A stretch of 64,000 nucleotides of DNA from Prevotella sp. (GCA_031285625.1 JAITVV010000092.1:32001-96000), one strand, 5' to 3'; counted from the stretch's first letter, positions 10,601-21,070 are shown. The notes: generated by a model not told the origin, from the sequence alone. Numbers and translations: made by a program.

Positions 10601-11350
10601 ATGATTATAGAGGTTCAAACAACTCAAAACGTTACAATTGACTACGAAACGGCAGGTATAGGTTATAGATTATTAGCTTATTTCCTCGATTGGGTTATTA
10701 TCTTTATCTGGTATCTGGGTTGGGTTGGTATTATATCTATATTTTCAGAAGTAGGCCTCTGGTCTGCATTTGACGGAAATGGTATAATGATCTTTCTAAT
10801 TATTATAATTGCTTTTCCTATCTTGTTTTATGATTTGCTTTTCGAAACACTGAACAATGGTCAGAGTATCGGTAAAATGATTGTGAAAATAAGAGTAGTG
10901 AATGTGGATGGCACAGCTCCTTCCAGCAGTTCATTCTTGCTAAGATGGCTTTTCAGGCTAGTGGATTTTACTATGACCGAAGGATTTCTGGCGATTATTA
11001 TGATTGCAGTTACAAAGAAATCGCAACGGCTGGGCGATTATCTTGCCGGCACTACAGTTATTGACTTACGACTGAACTCAAAGAATAAAGAATTAAAACT
11101 ATCTGATCTTGATTTTCACGAAGATTATAAAGTTAGCTATAAAGATGTATTAGATAGATTGTCAGACAGGGATATTCAGACCATTACTTCCATTATAGAT
11201 GATCAACGGATGCAATATAATGAATATTTCAACCAGCGATTGGCAGACAGGATAAAGTCTATTACAGGGTATGAATATGATGGTCCGGATAGAATTTTCC
11301 TGCGTAAGATTGTTACAGACTACAATTATCTGGCTGTACAAGAGCAATAA
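10601..11350 (+). CDS. RDD family membrane protein
   Basis: RLLAYFLD, GQSIGK and QRLGDYLAGTTV. Divergent from SpoIIM. Alternative GTG start at 10595. Confidence 0.9.
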   Translation: MIIEVQTTQNVTIDYETAGIGYRLLAYFLDWVIIFIWYLGWVGIISIFSEVGLWSAFDGNGIMIFLIIIIAFPILFYDLLFETLNNGQSIGKMIVKIRVVNVDGTAPSSSSFLLRWLFRLVDFTMTEGFLAIIMIAVTKKSQRLGDYLAGTTVIDLRLNSKNKELKLSDLDFHEDYKVSYKDVLDRLSDRDIQTITSIIDDQRMQYNEYFNQRLADRIKSITGYEYDGPDRIFLRKIVTDYNYLAVQEQ

Positions 11351-11351
11351 G

Positions 11352-12440
11352 CTATTGTATTTCGCCTTCTTTTATCCGTTTCAGGTGGCAAAATAATAAT
11401 TTACCATTTTCATCGCGTAAATGCATACCATTTCCCTCACAGTAGCGAAAATACTTGCAATCCTTACATTCGTCTTTCCTCATCCAACTACGATCTCTGA
11501 ATTGTTGGTAGCGATTTGTCCATATATCCCAGAAATTGTCCTGATAAATATTCCCCTGTATAAAATTTGAACGGAGATTAGGGCACGCAGAAACAGAACC
11601 ATCTACTAACACAGATCCTATCTGAACACCTGCCCTGCAAAAAAAGAAGTTATCCCTAACTTCTCCTTCATAATCCCCGAGAAAACCTTCACAACCATAA
11701 TCTATCTTAATTAAACCTTCCTTACGTGTGGTCTTTATAAAATCAAATAACAGTTTAAACTCAGGAGGTGATAATTGAAGGCTTCTATGCTGTGTAGCCC
11801 GCCCGATAGGAAATACAGTAAAAATACGCCATTCCTTAACACCAGTATCAATAAGAAGTTTTTTCAGATCGTTTAATTGTGGAAAAGTATTTGCAGTAAC
11901 ACATGTTACCACATCATATACGATATCATCAGCTTTGGACAATAAGGAAATAGCATTATATGCCTGACGAAAGCTGTTTTTATTCCCACGCATCAGATTG
12001 TGAGCTTCTTCAAGTCCGTCAAGGCTAACTGTTACAGAACGTAAACCAGTATTTAAGAGACTATTTAATCTTTTTTCAGACAGGAATAATCCATTAGAAA
12101 CCATTCCCCAGGGATATTCCCTTTTGTACAGTTCTTGTCCACAGATTTCCAAATCGTCACGCATAAGCGGTTCGCCTCCTGTGATAACGATCATCGTTTC
12201 GTGAGGATTTACATGGGGTGTTATGCTATCGATTACATTTAGAAAATCCTCAAGAGGCATATCATTTTGTCGCATATCCTTATGGCAATCACTGCCACAA
12301 TGCTTACAAGCCAGATTACATCTCAAAGTACATTCCCAGAAAAGATAATTTAATTTATGAAGAGTAGCAGCATTCTTTTTATGTTGCCGGAATAGTTCCA
12401 GACCAATCCGTTTTCGAAAAGAAATATCTTCTACTCCCAT
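11352..12440 (-). CDS. Radical SAM/SPASM enzyme of the rSAM/lipoprotein system (TIGR04133-like)
   Basis: CxxxCxxC (CNLACKHC), ITGGEPL, YGCEGFLG, CRAG and the SPASM CKDCKYFRYCEGNGMH. Confidence 0.88.
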   Translation of the reverse strand: MGVEDISFRKRIGLELFRQHKKNAATLHKLNYLFWECTLRCNLACKHCGSDCHKDMRQNDMPLEDFLNVIDSITPHVNPHETMIVITGGEPLMRDDLEICGQELYKREYPWGMVSNGLFLSEKRLNSLLNTGLRSVTVSLDGLEEAHNLMRGNKNSFRQAYNAISLLSKADDIVYDVVTCVTANTFPQLNDLKKLLIDTGVKEWRIFTVFPIGRATQHRSLQLSPPEFKLLFDFIKTTRKEGLIKIDYGCEGFLGDYEGEVRDNFFFCRAGVQIGSVLVDGSVSACPNLRSNFIQGNIYQDNFWDIWTNRYQQFRDRSWMRKDECKDCKYFRYCEGNGMHLRDENGKLLFCHLKRIKEGEIQ

Positions 12441-12443
12441 CAA

Positions 12444-12920
12444 TTAATCTTTCTTAGCTGAAGTTATTTTTATTGCTTGTATATCTTTTGTCGTTTCACC
12501 TGCATACCAACCATTGTTTCCATTAGTGAAGCTTGGGTCTTTAAATTCAACAGTTTCTATTTTAGTTTCAAAGGCTCCATTCTCATCACCATCAACATCT
12601 TCTATTTTTAATATAAACTCTTGCGATGTAGGAAACTCTACGACATTTAATTCAAATTTACCTTCACTATCAGTAAAAACACTATCAATATAATACGGTC
12701 GGTCTCCCAATTCCGTTTTATATGATTTACCCAGTACCGTTTTTATCTTTGTTATTGGCGCTTCTGATTCATCCACAATCGTTCCTTTTACCTTGAACTT
12801 AGCAGTTGGGGTACCATACTCTGCTGCACCGCCACCACCACTATCACAAGATGAAAATCCCAGCAACACAAGAAAGAAAGATAGAATTTTAGAATATACA
12901 GATAACATTTTCACTTTCAT
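12444..12920 (-). CDS. Radical SAM-associated lipoprotein (TIGR04134-like)
   Basis: Lipobox LGFSSC followed by AEYGTP, with EDVDG.ENG.F and GWY.G motifs. Lies directly upstream of the rSAM gene. Confidence 0.85.
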   Translation of the reverse strand: MKVKMLSVYSKILSFFLVLLGFSSCDSGGGGAAEYGTPTAKFKVKGTIVDESEAPITKIKTVLGKSYKTELGDRPYYIDSVFTDSEGKFELNVVEFPTSQEFILKIEDVDGDENGAFETKIETVEFKDPSFTNGNNGWYAGETTKDIQAIKITSAKKD

Positions 12921-12991
12921 AGTAATAATTTTAAACCATAATCCAGGTATCTATATATTATGATGCAGCATATTCTAAAAAAGTTGCATAT

Positions 12992-14563
12992 CTATCTCTT
13001 TTCCTTAGTTTTTGGTTTTGTTTCCGCCTTCGGTTTAGAAGTTGCTGGTTTAGCTTTTACTGCTGGTTTAGACTTAACCTCTGCTTTCGGGTTCGCTATT
13101 TTCGCCGCTGCCGGTTTTACTTCCGCTTTTGGCTTAGCTACAGCAGGAGTCTTAACTTGGGCCTTAGGCTTTACGTCTGTTTTTAGTTTTGCTTCTGCCT
13201 TTAGCTTAGAAGTTACAGATTTTACAACAGGTTCAGCTTTTTTAGTCGCAGGTTTTGGTTTCACTGTAGTTTTTGCTGCAACTTTCGGAGTTTTTGGCTC
13301 CAACTGTTTTAGTTTTTCTTCAAGCTTTTCGATCTCAGTAGCCTGATTATGAATTGTTGTAAGTAATGCATTCAGTTCCTCATTTTCGATAGAACTAGGA
13401 AACTCTGATTCAACACGTTCTTTGAAATCACTCAATACGTTCATATATGTATTAAAGGCATCATAAGGCGATGAATACGGGCTAAATGGCAATGCATTCT
13501 TGGTTCCCATATAATAAAAATGATCACTCGATTGTAAATATGTCCAATCTTGAAGAATACGTCTGGACTGGCTTAAACTTACACGTTCAGATATTTCGTA
13601 TAATTTATTAAATGCATCTTGTTGCAATGTATTACCTAACCATGCTGAAACATCCTTTTCTTCGCCAACCCACGAAATAGGGTGCATAGAAGAAATAGAA
13701 TCGATTGGTTTCATTGTTTTAAATATCTCGGAAGGCGTAGCAAAACCAATATTCTGTTCAGCCGCAAAACGAGGTAGAACCCGCATAAAATCAAAAATAC
13801 CGGAACTCTTTTTCTGAAAATTACCTAAAGCTTCATAATTCATAAAGAGATTTATAACCTGCTCCTCCTTAGGTGTTGCAGCAATCCAGTTAATAAATTT
13901 ATCAGCAGTTAAAGGATACTCATTCCAATCATAATTTGAAAAACGAGTTGCTATATCATCACTAAATTTAGCATTACGCAATAAGAGTTTCAACTTAGGC
14001 TGTTCAGCAGCCTGATACAGGTAATTGGGGCTTTTCCACCCCAGCGTACGTTTAGCGCCTTCGGTAAGCACCCCAGAAAAACCCATTTCGTATATTAGAT
14101 GAGCAATTTCATCCGAATAGATAAGTTCAGTATTACGGAAAGTTTTTGGTCGTTGGCCAAAGAGACTTTCTATCTTATCGCTATGCTCTTTTACTTGTTT
14201 TTTAAACTCTTCGGGGTCCACCAAAGAAGCTAAAGAATGTCCTTGTGTTTCTGCTAGAAATTCCACACAACCAGTATCGGCCAGCTCTTTAAATCCATCA
14301 ATAACTTCTGGTGCATAAATCTCCATCTGATCTAAAGCTACCCCTGAAATAGAGAAAGCCACCTTAAATTTACCATTATATTCGCGAATCATATCCAGCA
14401 TTAACCGGTTAGCAGGAACATAAGAAACCTCTGCTACCTGTTGCATAAAATCTTCGTTGGCAAAGTCATCATAATAATAATGATCACCGCCTATATTGAA
14501 AAATCTATAACGTTTAAGCCTGTGTGGCTGGTGTATCTGGAAGTAAAAACAAATATTTTTCAT
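12992..14563 (-). CDS. Glycoside hydrolase family 57 (alpha-amylase-like) with a Lys/Ala/Pro-rich tail
   Basis: FQIHQP, FRNTELIY and LQSSDHFYYM motifs. Confidence 0.9.
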   Translation of the reverse strand: MKNICFYFQIHQPHRLKRYRFFNIGGDHYYYDDFANEDFMQQVAEVSYVPANRLMLDMIREYNGKFKVAFSISGVALDQMEIYAPEVIDGFKELADTGCVEFLAETQGHSLASLVDPEEFKKQVKEHSDKIESLFGQRPKTFRNTELIYSDEIAHLIYEMGFSGVLTEGAKRTLGWKSPNYLYQAAEQPKLKLLLRNAKFSDDIATRFSNYDWNEYPLTADKFINWIAATPKEEQVINLFMNYEALGNFQKKSSGIFDFMRVLPRFAAEQNIGFATPSEIFKTMKPIDSISSMHPISWVGEEKDVSAWLGNTLQQDAFNKLYEISERVSLSQSRRILQDWTYLQSSDHFYYMGTKNALPFSPYSSPYDAFNTYMNVLSDFKERVESEFPSSIENEELNALLTTIHNQATEIEKLEEKLKQLEPKTPKVAAKTTVKPKPATKKAEPVVKSVTSKLKAEAKLKTDVKPKAQVKTPAVAKPKAEVKPAAAKIANPKAEVKSKPAVKAKPATSKPKAETKPKTKEKR

Positions 14564-14599
14564 ATATATAAAGTTTTTGTTATAAAATGGAGGTTGTAA

Positions 14600-15856
14600 T
14601 TATTGACAAAGATTATTGTATATATCTCTTACCTTCTGGCCTGCATATTCCCATTTGATATTATCCACTTCTTCTTTTCCTTCCTTACTCAGAAAATCAG
14701 ACATCGAGTCATATGTACAAATCGAGTAAATAGCATCTGCCATACCTTCTACATCCCAATAATCGATTTTAACTGCCTTATCAAGTATTTCGGCACAACC
14801 TGACTGTTTGGATATAATAGTAGGAATACTACACTGCATGGCTTCCAGAGGAGATATGCCAAAAGGTTCTGATACGGATGGCATTACATATACATCACTA
14901 CGTTTTAACATTTCATATACCTGCTTTCCTTTCAGGAATCCTGTAAAATGAAATTTATCAGACATTCCTTTTTCGGCAACAAGATATATCATACGTTCCA
15001 TCATATCACCGCTACCCGCCATTACAAAACGAATATGTTTTGCCTTTTCCAATACACGTGCGGCTGCTTCAACAAAGTACTCAGGTCCTTTTTGCATTGT
15101 TATACGCCCAAGAAAAGTAACAACCTTATCCTTCCCTTTTTTAGGTTCTATAGCTACTATATCCGCACTTAGCGGCTCCACCGCATTATGAACAGTCGTT
15201 ACCTTAGCCGGATTCTGATGATACTTTTCTATAACCGTATTACGTGTAAGATCACTTACACAGATAATATGATCGGCATAATCCATCCCATTTTTTTCCA
15301 TCTGATAAACCTGAGGGTTTACATTTCCCCTGCTACGGTCAAAATCAGTTGCATGTACATGAATTACCAGCGGTTTTCCCAGAATATTTTTAGCATGTAA
15401 TCCTGCCGGATAAGTAAGCCAGTCATGGGAATGGATAATATCATAATTGTGGCTGCGGGCAATAACTCCTGCAACTATCGAGTAATTATTTATTTCTTCA
15501 AGCAGATTATCAGGGTAGCGTCCTGAGAATTCGATACACCCGAGGTCGTTTGGATGCAGATAATTAAAATCCGCATAAATATGATCTCTCAAATTATAAT
15601 ATTCCTGAGGGTCCATATATTTTGATAATCTTTCACTTACATAGTCCCAATGAACATCTCGCCATGCTACAGGTGTATTACAAGCTCCTATTATTTTTAG
15701 AAAACTTTGGTCTTCGTCTCCCCAAGGCTTAGGAATTACAAATGTAATATCCATATCGGGCTGTAAAGACATTCCTTTAGTCAGCCCATAACTTGCCGTT
15801 CCAAGTCCACCCAATATGTGGGGAGGAAACTCCCATCCAAACATTAATGCTTTCAT
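14600..15856 (-). CDS. GT4 glycosyltransferase (glycogen synthase-like)
   Basis: MFGWEFPP...GGLG, HSHDWLT and PSVSEPFGISPLEA. Confidence 0.9.
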   Translation of the reverse strand: MKALMFGWEFPPHILGGLGTASYGLTKGMSLQPDMDITFVIPKPWGDEDQSFLKIIGACNTPVAWRDVHWDYVSERLSKYMDPQEYYNLRDHIYADFNYLHPNDLGCIEFSGRYPDNLLEEINNYSIVAGVIARSHNYDIIHSHDWLTYPAGLHAKNILGKPLVIHVHATDFDRSRGNVNPQVYQMEKNGMDYADHIICVSDLTRNTVIEKYHQNPAKVTTVHNAVEPLSADIVAIEPKKGKDKVVTFLGRITMQKGPEYFVEAAARVLEKAKHIRFVMAGSGDMMERMIYLVAEKGMSDKFHFTGFLKGKQVYEMLKRSDVYVMPSVSEPFGISPLEAMQCSIPTIISKQSGCAEILDKAVKIDYWDVEGMADAIYSICTYDSMSDFLSKEGKEEVDNIKWEYAGQKVRDIYNNLCQ

Positions 15857-15932
15857 ATATTCTAGTTTCAAGTTGAAAGTGTTATTACAAGAGAAATCTT
15901 ATAATAAACTATGAACTGATTGCTGATTTTAA

Positions 15933-17906
15933 TTAATATTCATCACTAAATGACTTCTGTGTATTCAACGCATTTATCACTCCGGCTACATTTGTAGAAT
16001 ACGAAATCGGGCCATGTCCGAAATAAGGAATACTACCATCATATACGGCAGATAAAGACCCGATTCCATCGTTAGACATCTCCTCTTCGACTCCAATTAG
16101 TAAACGATCCAGAAATGATATACCACTTCGTTGAAATATTTTTTGATACGCTTCCTGATATGCCCTTAACAACCAAGGCCAGGCAGCACCATTATAGGTA
16201 CTGTACAAACGTTCAGACAAAGGCCCTTCACATCTAGGCCTGAAACCAATACTTTTGGGACTTAAAGTACGTATACCTTTAGCTGTTAATAGTTCTTTGG
16301 TTATAATATCAATAATAGATTTACTTAGCCTTTTATCTAGTAATGGATAATCTAAAGCAATTGCTAATAACATATTTGGCCTGACACTCCAGTCAACAAA
16401 ATTACCGACAACATAGTCATATAAATAGCCACTATCGTTAAGAAATACTTCAAGAAATGATGTTTTGGTTATTTCTGCCAATAGCCCCATCTTTTTTTCT
16501 AATTTAGCATTTCCCTGATTATGGGCTGTCTCTTCATTAAATTTAAGTGCATTATACCAATACGCATTAATCTCAACCAAGCATCCTGTACGGGCAACTG
16601 TATAATAACCATCGGCCGATTTGTTATGCATCCAACTCGGATGCCCCTTCGTATTATCAACACTTAACAAGCCATTTGTTAAAGAAGTCAGATTTGGATG
16701 ATTTCCTTCCTGGATAAATGCAACTACTTTATTTACAAGTTCGGCATACTTTAGATAATAACGCTCAGTATCATGGTTTGCAAACTTTTTCAAAGCACGT
16801 AATAACCATAACAAAACATCACCATCTCCTATATCTTTCAAAAAGCCGGTTATTGGCTTCCCTTGCATAAATTCTTCTATAGCTGGGATAGCAGTATCCA
16901 CAGCTTCTTCAAAAGCATCACTTTTCCCTATACCTAAAGTTAAACCTTCTAAAGCCATAAATTGTTCTCTGGCCCGGACTTCACCCCATGGATATCCGTT
17001 TAAAAGGTAAAGTTCTTCTTTACTTGGACGAAAATAAAACTGATGAGCAGAATTCTTAAGGCAGTTATAGAATGAAGATCGAGGTGTTCTTTCTTTAATA
17101 CCTTCTTCAAAAAGTGTTATTAGCTTACTTGTATCTGCATGGACATCACTTGCCGAAAATATAATCGACTCTCCCTTTTGAATAGGTAATTCGAAATAGC
17201 CGGGCACATATAAGTCCTCTTTATATGGTAACCCCTGATCCATATCCTGTAAATATTCTATTCCTTTATACCAGTTAGGGTCAAAAATAAAATCCACAGG
17301 CTTGTTGAATTGCATAAACAGTTCGGGATAGCCGCTATACATACACATACTGATACCATTCTCCACTTCCTTATAACCATGTTCGGCTACAGAATTTTCT
17401 TTTGTAAGCTGATTGATATCACGGAATGCGAGAAACGGCTTAAAACGCATTGTTGTAGGAGAATGTGCATCCAGTAGCGTATAACGGATAAATATCATAT
17501 TCTCTTCTAACGAAAACATTTTCTCCTTCGAAAGGATAACTCCTCCTACCCTGTATATCGTACGAGGCAGAGAATCGCAATCGAACTCCCGGATATACTT
17601 ATGCCCCATCGGACTATAGTTATTCCCATCATATTTATGAATACCCAGATTGAAATCTGCGCCATGTTGTATTACAGTCTCATCAAAAGACGATAGAAGC
17701 ACATGGTTGGTATTTCCTAATTTAGGAACTGGCATAACGAGTAAGCCATGCTGCTTACGGGTATTACACTCTACTAATGTCGTACAATGATATGCTCCTC
17801 GCCTGTTTGTTCTCAAAATCTCTCTATTAAGGGAATATTCAAGGTTAACCATTCGGGACTTATCAAATTTTAAATAGGCATTTGTTTTTTTATAATTGTA
17901 ATCCAT
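15933..17906 (-). CDS. Glycogen debranching enzyme (GDE_N + GDE_C, archaeal/Bacteroidetes type)
   Basis: CNTRKQHGLL, VEINAYWYNAL, VRPN, GIRTLSP and YNGAAWPW. First gene of the glycogen operon. Confidence 0.85.
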   Translation of the reverse strand: MDYNYKKTNAYLKFDKSRMVNLEYSLNREILRTNRRGAYHCTTLVECNTRKQHGLLVMPVPKLGNTNHVLLSSFDETVIQHGADFNLGIHKYDGNNYSPMGHKYIREFDCDSLPRTIYRVGGVILSKEKMFSLEENMIFIRYTLLDAHSPTTMRFKPFLAFRDINQLTKENSVAEHGYKEVENGISMCMYSGYPELFMQFNKPVDFIFDPNWYKGIEYLQDMDQGLPYKEDLYVPGYFELPIQKGESIIFSASDVHADTSKLITLFEEGIKERTPRSSFYNCLKNSAHQFYFRPSKEELYLLNGYPWGEVRAREQFMALEGLTLGIGKSDAFEEAVDTAIPAIEEFMQGKPITGFLKDIGDGDVLLWLLRALKKFANHDTERYYLKYAELVNKVVAFIQEGNHPNLTSLTNGLLSVDNTKGHPSWMHNKSADGYYTVARTGCLVEINAYWYNALKFNEETAHNQGNAKLEKKMGLLAEITKTSFLEVFLNDSGYLYDYVVGNFVDWSVRPNMLLAIALDYPLLDKRLSKSIIDIITKELLTAKGIRTLSPKSIGFRPRCEGPLSERLYSTYNGAAWPWLLRAYQEAYQKIFQRSGISFLDRLLIGVEEEMSNDGIGSLSAVYDGSIPYFGHGPISYSTNVAGVINALNTQKSFSDEY

Positions 17907-18217
17907 AATTAACAGATATGCTTATTAATACATTTTATATATAACACAAATTAAACATAGATGTTTTCTATTGCTTGATTTCCGTTTTTAAAGATAGTGA
18001 AAATGTTAATGAATCAACCTTACTAATAAAGATGTTTATTAACATAAACGCTTTTTAAGATCAATTTATAAACAAAGCTTATTTAGAATAATTTTACATA
18101 ACAACATAATAGTAAAATATACTACATTCTTTTAAGGATAAAACATTTACATTAAATATGCCTTAAAATCGGCCTCAACTTATTTATATATTCTATCTCA
18201 ATTGACAAGTATTTTTA

Positions 18218-18225
18218 TATATTTG
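18218..18225 (+). promoter_or_regulatory. Bacteroidetes -7 element for lgt-fprA
   Basis: TATATTTG. Confidence 0.6.
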
Positions 18226-18271
18226 TAGTCCGAAAAAGATTACTAACTAGTTTGAAATTAAAATAACTTAT

Positions 18272-19132
18272 ATGCTTTCATTTATCACATGGAATGTAGA
18301 TCCCGAAGCATTCTCTATATTAGGTCGGGAAATACGCTGGTATGGTATTTTATGGGCAGCAGGAGTTCTTTGTACCACTATGGTTGTACAGAGAATGTAT
18401 AAATCGGAAAAACTTCCGGAAAAATGGTTCGACTCTCTCTTTATCTATGTCCTCACAGGCCTTATCATAGGAGCACGTTTAGGACATTGCTTGTTTTATG
18501 ATCCGGTGTACTATCTAACCAATCCATTGAAAATGTTAATGGTATGGGAAGGTGGGCTATCCAGTCATGGAGGAGCTATAGGAATGACAATCGGTATATG
18601 GCTATACTGTAAACGGGTTTCGAAAAGAAGTATTATATGGGGATTAGACAGACTCATCGTTGGAGTAGCTGTAGGTGCAGCATCAATAAGATTGGGTAAC
18701 CTGATGAATTCGGAAATATATGGAGGTCCGACTACCTTACCATGGGGATTTAATTTTGTAAGAGATCCACACTGGCACTATCCGTTAACAGACGGAGGAT
18801 CAGGAGAACTACCCTGCCATCCTACTCAAATATACGAAGTACTTATTTACCTTGCTGTATTTGCTGTCGGATTATATTTATTCTATAAAACAAACGCTAA
18901 AGATAAACAGGGATTAATCCTGGGTATTTCATTAATAGGCATTTTCCTGTCACGATTCTTCATTGAATTTATTAAAAACATCCAAGAACCATTTGAAATG
19001 AACATGATAGCAACCTATGGGATCAACATGGGACAACTATTGAGTATTCCATTTGTTATATGGGGAATATGGCTTGTATGGAATGCCTTGAGAACGAAAG
19101 AAACTATTGAAACCAAAATAAATAAAAAGTAG
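18272..19132 (+). CDS. lgt: Prolipoprotein diacylglyceryl transferase
   Basis: RWYG, GARLGH, GGLSSHGG, RLGNLMNSEIYG and HPTQIYE. Confidence 0.96.
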   Translation: MLSFITWNVDPEAFSILGREIRWYGILWAAGVLCTTMVVQRMYKSEKLPEKWFDSLFIYVLTGLIIGARLGHCLFYDPVYYLTNPLKMLMVWEGGLSSHGGAIGMTIGIWLYCKRVSKRSIIWGLDRLIVGVAVGAASIRLGNLMNSEIYGGPTTLPWGFNFVRDPHWHYPLTDGGSGELPCHPTQIYEVLIYLAVFAVGLYLFYKTNAKDKQGLILGISLIGIFLSRFFIEFIKNIQEPFEMNMIATYGINMGQLLSIPFVIWGIWLVWNALRTKETIETKINKK

Positions 19133-19147
19133 ACATAATTTACCGAT

Positions 19148-20350
19148 ATGTTAAAACCAATTCCTATAAAAGAAGATCTTTATTACATCGGTGTAAACGA
19201 CCGTACGAAGCATCTTTTTGAAAATTTATGGCCGTTGCCCAAAGGTGTATCATATAACTCATATCTCATAGTAGATGAAAAGACAGCTTTATTTGATACT
19301 GTAGATGTGTGCTATTCTGATATCTTCTTCCACAAACTGGAAATAGCACTGGATGGGAAACCTTTAGACTATGTTATCATCAACCATATGGAACCTGATC
19401 ATTCGGGATCGTTGGGCCTTTTAAGAAACAGATTTCCAAATGTACAAATAGTAGGAAACAAGCGGACTGCCGATATGGTGCAGGGATTCTTTGGAATCAC
19501 TGAGGGCGTAAAGGTAATAGAAGATGGAGAAAACCTGTCATTAGGGAAACACAATCTCGTATTCCACCTGACTCCCATGGTCCATTGGCCAGAAACAATG
19601 ATGACCTATGATACACTCCACAAGATTATCTTTTCCGGCGATGCATTCGGTACTTTCGGAACATTGGATGGAGGAATAACAGATGCTCAGTTACATCCCG
19701 AACGCTACTACGATGAGATGATACGTTACTATTCTAATGTAGTCGGAAAATTCGGTTCACCTGTTCAGAAAGCATTGGAAAAACTAGGAACCCTTGATAT
19801 AAAATATATCTGTTCTACGCATGGCCCTGTGTGGACATTAGATGAGCAAATAAAAAAAGTAATAGGAATATATGATAAACTAAGCCGATACGAAGGTGAT
19901 GAAGGTGTTGTTATTGCCTATGGAAGTATGTATGGGAATACCGAACAAATGGCGGAAACTGTTGCATACGAGTTGGCTCAACAAGGTATAAAAGAGGTTA
20001 TACTGCATAATGTATCAAAGCGCTCACACTCTTATATCATTCGTGATATATTCAAATATAAAGGCCTTATCGTTGGATCACCGACTTATAATAACAAGCT
20101 GTTTCCTGAAGTGGAGTATTTGCTTTCTAAAGTTGAAGGGCGCGATATGAAACACCGCTATTTCGGCTATTTCGGTTCATTTACATGGGCGGGAGCTGCA
20201 GTGAAACGTTTGGCACAATTTGCACAGGATACCAAATTTGAAGTAGTGGGTTCACCTGTAGAAATGAAGCAGGCTATGCGCCTTGATACTTATGATGCTT
20301 GTATATCATTAGGAAAATCGATGGCTGAAAGATTGAAACAAGATAGATAA
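19148..20350 (+). CDS. fprA: FprA family A-type flavoprotein (flavodiiron protein)
   Basis: NHMEPDHSG, HWPE, SGDAFG and the flavodoxin SMYGNTE motif. Confidence 0.92.
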   Translation: MLKPIPIKEDLYYIGVNDRTKHLFENLWPLPKGVSYNSYLIVDEKTALFDTVDVCYSDIFFHKLEIALDGKPLDYVIINHMEPDHSGSLGLLRNRFPNVQIVGNKRTADMVQGFFGITEGVKVIEDGENLSLGKHNLVFHLTPMVHWPETMMTYDTLHKIIFSGDAFGTFGTLDGGITDAQLHPERYYDEMIRYYSNVVGKFGSPVQKALEKLGTLDIKYICSTHGPVWTLDEQIKKVIGIYDKLSRYEGDEGVVIAYGSMYGNTEQMAETVAYELAQQGIKEVILHNVSKRSHSYIIRDIFKYKGLIVGSPTYNNKLFPEVEYLLSKVEGRDMKHRYFGYFGSFTWAGAAVKRLAQFAQDTKFEVVGSPVEMKQAMRLDTYDACISLGKSMAERLKQDR

Positions 20351-20369
20351 AATATAAACGATCCTTTAT

Positions 20370-20410
20370 AATGAGTTGTAAGTCTATTGATTTACAGCTC
20401 ATTTTATTTT
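20370..20410 (+). terminator. Intrinsic terminator after fprA
   Basis: aatgagttgtaa...ttacagctcatt hairpin followed by a T-rich run. Confidence 0.7.
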
Positions 20411-20437
20411 ATAGGTAAACATTCCAAAATAAAAACT

Positions 20438-20466
20438 AAAAAAAGCCGCTCTTATATAGGAGCGGC
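20438..20466 (-). terminator. Intrinsic terminator after the OMP gene
   Basis: gccgctc-N8-gagcggc hairpin preceded by A7, which is a U-tract on the minus strand. Confidence 0.75.
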
Positions 20467-20491
20467 CTTATTATGTTAGAATATTTTATTC

Positions 20492-21070
20492 TTAGAATAC
20501 GATACTTACACCAAGTTCTGTTTGTCCAAGATCAAAATCAAATCCGAAATCATCGGTTTTAACACCATCGAATTTCTCATGTTGATAGCCTAAAAAACCA
20601 AATTTACCTGTTAATGTAATTCTCTTCGATACATTTACAGCAACACCCGGACGAAAACCAACTTCCCATGCATTTAATTTGATTTTTTCGTCATTCGCAT
20701 TCACAGCTTCACTTTTACCATAAGTATAACCTGCACCACCATCTACGAATAAGCTACCCATCTCACCTTTTAGGAAAGCCATACGAAGAAAAGGATTTAC
20801 TGTAAATGCATCTTTAGCATTAATACCTCTAAAGTTACCCATAACAGTTTTATTATGTGCATATCCCAATCTGATACCTACACCCATGTTTTCAGCAAAA
20901 GCATAACCGATTTCAGGAATGATACGGTAAGATGAAACTCTGTCACCGTCACCAACTTTAGTACTGTTGAAACCAACGCTACCGCCAATCCACATTTGAC
21001 CAACTTCTTGTGCAGAAACTGTTGTAGCTAAACCTAACATAATCGCTAGAGTAAAAAATAATTTTTTCAT
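20492..21070 (-). CDS. Outer membrane beta-barrel protein (8-strand type)
   Basis: Signal peptide ending SAQ, alternating beta-strands and a C-terminal Phe. Likely ATG at 21070. Confidence 0.85.
   Translation of the reverse strand: MKKLFFTLAIMLGLATTVSAQEVGQMWIGGSVGFNSTKVGDGDRVSSYRIIPEIGYAFAENMGVGIRLGYAHNKTVMGNFRGINAKDAFTVNPFLRMAFLKGEMGSLFVDGGAGYTYGKSEAVNANDEKIKLNAWEVGFRPGVAVNVSKRITLTGKFGFLGYQHEKFDGVKTDDFGFDFDLGQTELGVSIVF

Noticed and set aside
4192-11350. MoxR-DUF58-DUF4350-DUF4129-SpoIIM-RDD cluster as a novel system
   Set aside because: It is a widely conserved, previously noted gene cluster whose function is unclear but which is not new. SpoIIM does not imply sporulation.
12960-13346. 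128-aa hydrophobic plus-strand ORF with FGLA/AGF repeats
   Set aside because: It is the antisense shadow of the Lys/Ala/Pro-rich GH57 tail.
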